A stretch of DNA of 33,658 nucleotides from assembly GCA_051003155.1 (NCBI GenBank), contig JBPCLO010000037.1, positions 1 through 33,658 on the forward strand, given 5' to 3'. A program made the translations under genes and the position numbers. Below, piece by piece: positions 28,949 to 33,658 of this stretch. The notes below the pieces were generated by a model, which did no database searches, was not told the DNA's origin, and saw nothing but the letters and a program-made list of their open reading frames with translations. The first letter of the stretch is position 1. Each line of letters opens with the position of its first letter. The DNA is from Fimbriimonadales bacterium. Its GTDB lineage: Bacteria > Armatimonadota > Fimbriimonadia > Fimbriimonadales > ATM1.

Positions 28949-29501
28949 AGTAGCTGGGACACCGTAGCGTACCACGGCCCTACGGAATGGCCAAAGATAT
29001 TCTCTTCCCCCGCCCCAATTTCCTTCTCAATCGATTCGGTCTTGATCGCAGTCAATTCCGGAGACCAGCAAGCCTCACTCTCGGAGAGGGGCAGCCTGCT
29101 TTTCGTCTTCTCGAGATCTATGTTCCCAAACCTAGACATGGCGACCATCATAATAGCTAGCCTCCAAAGAACGCATCCAGGGACACGCATTACCTCGGAG
29201 TGAAGCTTATAAACGGGCGGACATGAACCTAGACAACGGCCCGCGGGTGGCCCTCCGCGTCCTCGCCGCACGGCTTATGGGGATTCAGAGCTTTGACCTC
29301 TGAGCCGCTACAGTACACCGAGAACGGCAGAACGATCTTCTTCGTCGGTGGTTTTGCTCCGCTCGGTACCCCGTGCGGGCCGTAAAACTTCGCGACTCCA
29401 GCTGGCGCCGGCAAGCGATGCGGCTTTGGCATCATCACCAGCGGACCAGGTCAAGACCATGCCCCGCGGCAAGAAGATGTAGTGCCCTCGACGATGGATC
29501 G

Positions 29502-29575
29502 AGCCTTTGCCACGAGTCGATCGCGACCACGCGGGTCTATGCGCAACTGGACTTGCAAGAGGTCCAGCGGAGGCC
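29502..29575 (+). pseudogene. C-terminal fragment of a XerC/D-type tyrosine recombinase
   Basis: LCHESIATTRVYAQLD resembles the LGHxSIxTTxxY box II. Confidence 0.65.
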
Positions 29576-29683
29576 GCCAAAATCTAAATCCGACATGCTT
29601 TCAGGGATCGGCGATATTAGGTTCAATCACTCGATTCTTGGGCGAACTTTAGACGCCCTCTCACAAGCAGAGACTCCGCGCCC

Positions 29684-30439
29684 TCACGCAACTTTGATCA
29701 AGGGCTCAGCCGTCTTCATCAGCGACTCCTTTTCGCCTTCTGCAACGAGCACATAAAAAGATTGATCGCATTGCCAACCGATAGCGACCATGCCGCGGTC
29801 GGCTACAACGTAAACGGCTCGTCCATGAACGGTGGCTTGCCTGGCCTCAGGAACTCTGGCTTCCTTCATCGGCAACTGATAGAAGATCATGCGCCGGCCC
29901 CGATCGTCATAAACGAGCTTTGCGGTCTTGATTCCGTCGGCCGTCACAGGCCCACAGTCGACAAGTTTGGCAGAGGGGGAAATAGTCATAGCCTTAACTA
30001 CGAAGCCAACCTCTTTAGACAGCATTGCGAGTTGGGCCATACTTGGTGGTCCGGTCATGATTGCTCTGTTGCGGCTGTAATCGTCGACCAAAACTGCCAT
30101 GGTTGATGGGGGAATACCCGTTCGAAAAAAGAAGGTGACCAACAAGACCAGCGCGATCGCCAAGCCGGCGACCAGAGCCAACGGACGAAAACCGGTCGGG
30201 CGATGCGAGTGTTTTTCTCGAACGAGGCTCTCCACCTGCTGCATGAGGCCTGCTGGAGCTCGCAGATCTGTCGATACAATGTCCCTCAGGCGGTCAACAT
30301 CGCGCCGCAGTGAAGTTTCCTCGTCGCAACAAAACCGACACCCCGCAAGGTGCGCCTCGACCTCAATTTCGGCTCTTCGGTCGAGTTCACCAAGCACATA
30401 CAGCGTCAGCCGCTGCTCTAAATTGCGACACTCAATCAT
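29684..30439 (-). CDS. Zinc-finger (zf-HC2) transmembrane anti-sigma factor
   Basis: YVLGELD..HLAGCRFC (HxxxCxxC), one TM, extracytoplasmic domain; abuts the sigma gene. Confidence 0.88.
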   Translation of the reverse strand: MIECRNLEQRLTLYVLGELDRRAEIEVEAHLAGCRFCCDEETSLRRDVDRLRDIVSTDLRAPAGLMQQVESLVREKHSHRPTGFRPLALVAGLAIALVLLVTFFFRTGIPPSTMAVLVDDYSRNRAIMTGPPSMAQLAMLSKEVGFVVKAMTISPSAKLVDCGPVTADGIKTAKLVYDDRGRRMIFYQLPMKEARVPEARQATVHGRAVYVVADRGMVAIGWQCDQSFYVLVAEGEKESLMKTAEPLIKVA

Positions 30440-30982
30440 TCAAACTCCCTCGGGCGTCAACTTGGTCCGGAGATTCTTAATAGCCTTGTAAATTCTAAAA
30501 GCCACAGTGGGCAACTTGACTCCCGTTTGCTCCGATATCTCTCTCAACGTCTGTCCTGACACGAAACGCATTACGAGAAGAAGCCGCGTTTGAGTCGGCA
30601 ACGATTGAAGCTGTTGGAGCATTTCTTGCCGCTCAATCTTCCTCAGCGTTTCGTCCTCTATATCGCTGTTTGCGTCCATCCAATTGTCATCGCGGAGCGG
30701 TTCTTCGAACGCTACGGTTCTTGATCGACCCTTTGCCCAGTTCAGACATACACTTGAACAGAGCCTCATCAGCCAAGGCTTGAAGGGCCGACTCCTGTCG
30801 TACTTGTTCATCTGGCGATACGCTCGGACGAAGCAATCCTGACTGAGATCGTCAACGTCTTCGGCGGTCCCGGCAAAGCGGTACACCACCCGATAGACCA
30901 GGTGCTGGTAGCGATGCGCGATCTCGACGAACGCATCTCCGTCTCCGGCCTAAGCCCGTCTGGCGAGTTCCTCGTCAGTCAT
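30440..30982 (-). pseudogene. ECF sigma factor with in-frame TAG at codon 11
   Basis: MTDEELARRA*AGDGDAF..RY..VYR..EDVDDLSQDCFVRAY..FKPWL; region 4 LREISE..TVAFRI; stop at 30950-30952. Confidence 0.88.
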
Positions 30983-31125
30983 AAACTTGTCTGTCCCTAC
31001 TTACTACAGCGTCCTCGGACCTTTTTTATAATTGCCAGCGGCATTAGAAAACTGGGGATCGCGACTGTACTCGTCATTGATCATGTCGTCGAAGGGCATC
31101 CTTCGGCGGCAGAAAGGAGAAGAAC

Positions 31126-31782
31126 ATGATTCGCAACTTAATCGTCGCCGCGTTAGCGACCGTAATGACCACGTCCTTCGCCCTCGGGCAAAAGTGTTCG
31201 TGCGAGACCCAGGATTCGAAGCTAATTACAAGCGGCCAGATGCGCCGGGTCGAGCGCCGCGAGCTGAACACGTTGCTCGTGGGATGGAAGGCCAAGCCGC
31301 GTGAGGTCGCGGAAAAAACCATCGCCAAGTACGGCGAGCCTCACGAAGCCACCGCAACCCGCATGGTCTGGTTCAACTCGGGCCCGTGGAAGTTTACCAT
31401 CCTCACCAACGAGGAGATTCCACACAACTTCCCGATGCACCATCACGACATGCTCAGGCAGGGCATCGACTACAGGGTGCCTGATCGCAAGTTCAACGAC
31501 CTGCTTAACTACGACGGCAGCGTCGTCATTGATCGGACCCCGGGCGAGATCAGCGCGCGGTGCGACAAGGAGGAAATGAACTTCCTCGCGATCAATCTGG
31601 CCATCGACGTCGCAACTGGTAAGCGCTCGGTAAGCGGGGCGCGCGACTTCTACGCCAAGACGGCGATGGCCTTTATGAAGGGCAGCCTGAACGCGGAGCA
31701 AAGAGCGTCCACTAGTGGATTCACTTTCCGAGTGCCGCAGGGCAACACAGGGTTCCCGGACAAGCCCCACAAGGGCATGTAG
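31126..31782 (+). CDS. Conserved secreted protein of unknown function
   Basis: AGGAG RBS, signal peptide; KYGEPxE, GPWK, HNFPMHH, DGSV..DRTxGEISARCDxE motifs; high GC3. Confidence 0.85.
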   Translation: MIRNLIVAALATVMTTSFALGQKCSCETQDSKLITSGQMRRVERRELNTLLVGWKAKPREVAEKTIAKYGEPHEATATRMVWFNSGPWKFTILTNEEIPHNFPMHHHDMLRQGIDYRVPDRKFNDLLNYDGSVVIDRTPGEISARCDKEEMNFLAINLAIDVATGKRSVSGARDFYAKTAMAFMKGSLNAEQRASTSGFTFRVPQGNTGFPDKPHKGM

Positions 31783-31800
31783 CCGACGTCCACCCGACAA

Positions 31801-31825
31801 GGGGCAGGCGGCGCGCCTGCCCCAC
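31801..31825 (-). repeat. REP-like palindrome / possible terminator hairpin
   Basis: GGGGCAGGCG-GCG-CGCCTGCCCC 10-bp stem; the reverse strand begins GTGG. Confidence 0.5.
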
Positions 31826-31860
31826 AATTGCTTATGAGCTAACAGTTCGATCTGGTCATT

Positions 31861-32058
31861 GGCCAGTGCGAGGTTCTCGACACTCGCTTGGCGACGACCT
31901 CAGACGACACGGTGAACGTCACAAGCAACACGTCGCGCTTCATACAAGCCGGCACAATGGCCATCAGAGCCCGCGTCAGCTACCGCGCGCTCGGCTCGAC
32001 ATTCGTCTATCCCTGGCTCGGCCGCATCGACAAGGCTTGGTGGGCTTTCCCAGGATAA
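31861..32058 (+). pseudogene. 3' fragment paralogous to the C-terminal domain at 25943-26147
   Basis: EVLDTRLATTSDDTVNVTSNTSRFIQAG..YPWLGRIDKAWWAFPG*; differences are mostly synonymous. Confidence 0.88.
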
Positions 32059-32438
32059 GGACAAAACAGTTCGATATAATGTTGGGCGGGCGGCCCAACC
32101 AAAGTTGCCGATATCTGCGCAATCTTGAGCCGACCCGAGGGAAATATAATGTCCGGGCAGTTCGACGCATACAGCGAGGCCGTCTTGAAGCGCACAGCAG
32201 AAAGCAAGCAAGCCAGTAACACAAACAGAAAGAGGACAAGTAGCACATTCGCGACGCTGCTCGAACGGGCGGATTCCCCGGCCACGTAAGACATTTGGGA
32301 GACAGAGCACAGAAACGTCTTCTTTGGGCGTCTGGCCCCGGAGTTAGTCTTCGTACAACGTACCGCGCTTGATAATTCCATCCATGATATTCGCGGCCCG
32401 TCTTTGCGCTTCACTCACCACGGGAGAGTTCTGTCTCA

Positions 32439-32597
32439 CTACTCTTCTCCTTTACCCCCAAAGATAAGCCGTGCTACGATCCAAACCACGCCCATTATGA
32501 GTCCTGTTGTTAGTCCGAACGCCAAGACTGCACCTATTAGAAAAAGCAATTTCTTGATTCTCCTTTTGATTATTACCGGGATGGAAATGTTCTCCAC
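32439..32597 (-). CDS. 52-aa membrane peptide
   Basis: KRRIKK followed by a long hydrophobic stretch; GTG start; AT-rich. Confidence 0.4.
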   Translation of the reverse strand: MENISIPVIIKRRIKKLLFLIGAVLAFGLTTGLIMGVVWIVARLIFGGKGEE

Positions 32598-32958
32598 CCT
32601 ACTTCAGTTGAATAATGTGCAACCTTTATACCAATCCGCTGATCAGTGCGGCATAGTATTCGACCCTGCGCGCAATGTGTCGTTAGGCGGGTTTTTGCCT
32701 AATTCGGGACCGGTCACCACCATTTCTAGCAGAGGCATTGAATCCATAGGATTGAATGCTTAATCTCCCGATGAGGATTGAAACCTGTCAATGGCGGTAG
32801 CTAAGAATAAGCCGGCAAGCCCTCATTTGACACGGAGAAAGATCTAGGCGACTTCAAACGGCGTACAGTAAGGATAGGTGTCCCATTAGACCTTGAGCAC
32901 CTCGTAGGCGTTCGAGGGTTACTGCGCTCTACACCGGCATACGATCATCGCAACTAAA

Positions 32959-33658
32959 ATGGCATTTCAGCAAGATTCAAAGACGGACACGCCGGACGCG
33001 CAACTCGAACACTTAGGCGAGCACATCGAGACCTACGCCCAGGACATCGTGGACACAGTTCGCGAGCCGCTCTTGATGCTGGACACCACACTGCGGGTGC
33101 GGAGCGCCAACCGTGCCTTCTACCAAACGTTCCAGGTGACCTCAGAGGAAACCGAGAATCGCCTCATTTACGAATTGGGCAACGGCCAATGGGACATCCC
33201 CGCCTTGCGGACGCTTCTCGAAGACATTATTCCCACGAGTTCCGTGTTCAGCGACTTTGAGCTGGAGCACACCTTCCCGATCATCGGGCGCCGCGTGATG
33301 TTGCTCAATGCGCGCAAGCTGCGCGCGGGCAGCCACGGTGAGCTTCTGGTCCTGGCTATGGAAGACGTGACGGCGCGTAAGGAGGCAGAAGAAGCGCTGC
33401 TCAAAGCCGGCGCCCTGCAGAGCGCAATCTTCAACAGCGCGACCTTCTCGAGCATCGCCACCGACGCGCAGGGCGTGATCCAGATCTTCAACGTGGGGGC
33501 GGAGCGCATGCTCGGGTACACGGCCGACGAAGTGATGAACAAGATCACCCCGGCCGAGATCTCCGATCCACAGGAAGTGATCGCGCGCGCTGCTGCGTTG
33601 AGCATCGAGGTTGGAACCCCGATAACGCCGGGCTTTGAGGCGCTCGTGTTTAAGGCCG
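32959..33658 (+). CDS. Multi-PAS sensor protein, probably a histidine kinase (runs off the window)
   Basis: IVDTVREPLLMLD..ANRAFYQTF..YELGNGQWDIP; second PAS IATDAQGVIQIFNVGAERMLGY. Not in the ORF track because there is no stop in the window. Confidence 0.9.
   Translation, partial: MAFQQDSKTDTPDAQLEHLGEHIETYAQDIVDTVREPLLMLDTTLRVRSANRAFYQTFQVTSEETENRLIYELGNGQWDIPALRTLLEDIIPTSSVFSDFELEHTFPIIGRRVMLLNARKLRAGSHGELLVLAMEDVTARKEAEEALLKAGALQSAIFNSATFSSIATDAQGVIQIFNVGAERMLGYTADEVMNKITPAEISDPQEVIARAAALSIEVGTPITPGFEALVFKA

Noticed and set aside
29229..30952. Amber (TAG) recoding suggested by two in-frame TAGs
   Set aside because: TAG is the normal terminator of several intact genes here (1377, 15082, 31782).
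31861..32058. DGR template/variable repeat pair with 25943-26147
   Set aside because: Differences are mostly synonymous third-position changes, not adenine-specific; no RT in the window.

Overview
A GC-rich bacterial accessory region with several AT-richer patches. The gene content suggests Armatimonadota/Fimbriimonadaceae (inference only). Bases 1-19652 look like the right-hand part of a genomic island: an intact tyrosine integrase (18305-19462, minus) sits beside putative arm-type repeats and the displaced 3' half of a tRNA-Thr(UGU), i.e. an att site. The island cargo is almost entirely exported or membrane-anchored orphan proteins, interleaved with five co-oriented IS3 right ends (no convincing left end seen) and gene fragments. 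The main observation is two homologous, Cys-rich, N-terminally truncated HExxH metallopeptidase 'tips' (about 12530-12787 and 16340-16702). Each is coupled to a different exported protein, and several other cargo genes resemble protease-inhibitor-type folds. This fits an archive of orphan polymorphic-toxin tips and immunity genes. Right of the att site are a uvrA fragment, DinB-family genes, a YcaQ/AlkZ-like glycosylase, a deleted DUF4111 nucleotidyltransferase, a frameshifted repeat surface protein, nhaD, an ECF sigma (premature stop) and anti-sigma pair with a divergent secreted gene, and the start of a PAS sensor protein. All family assignments come from motif recognition by eye; no searches were run.
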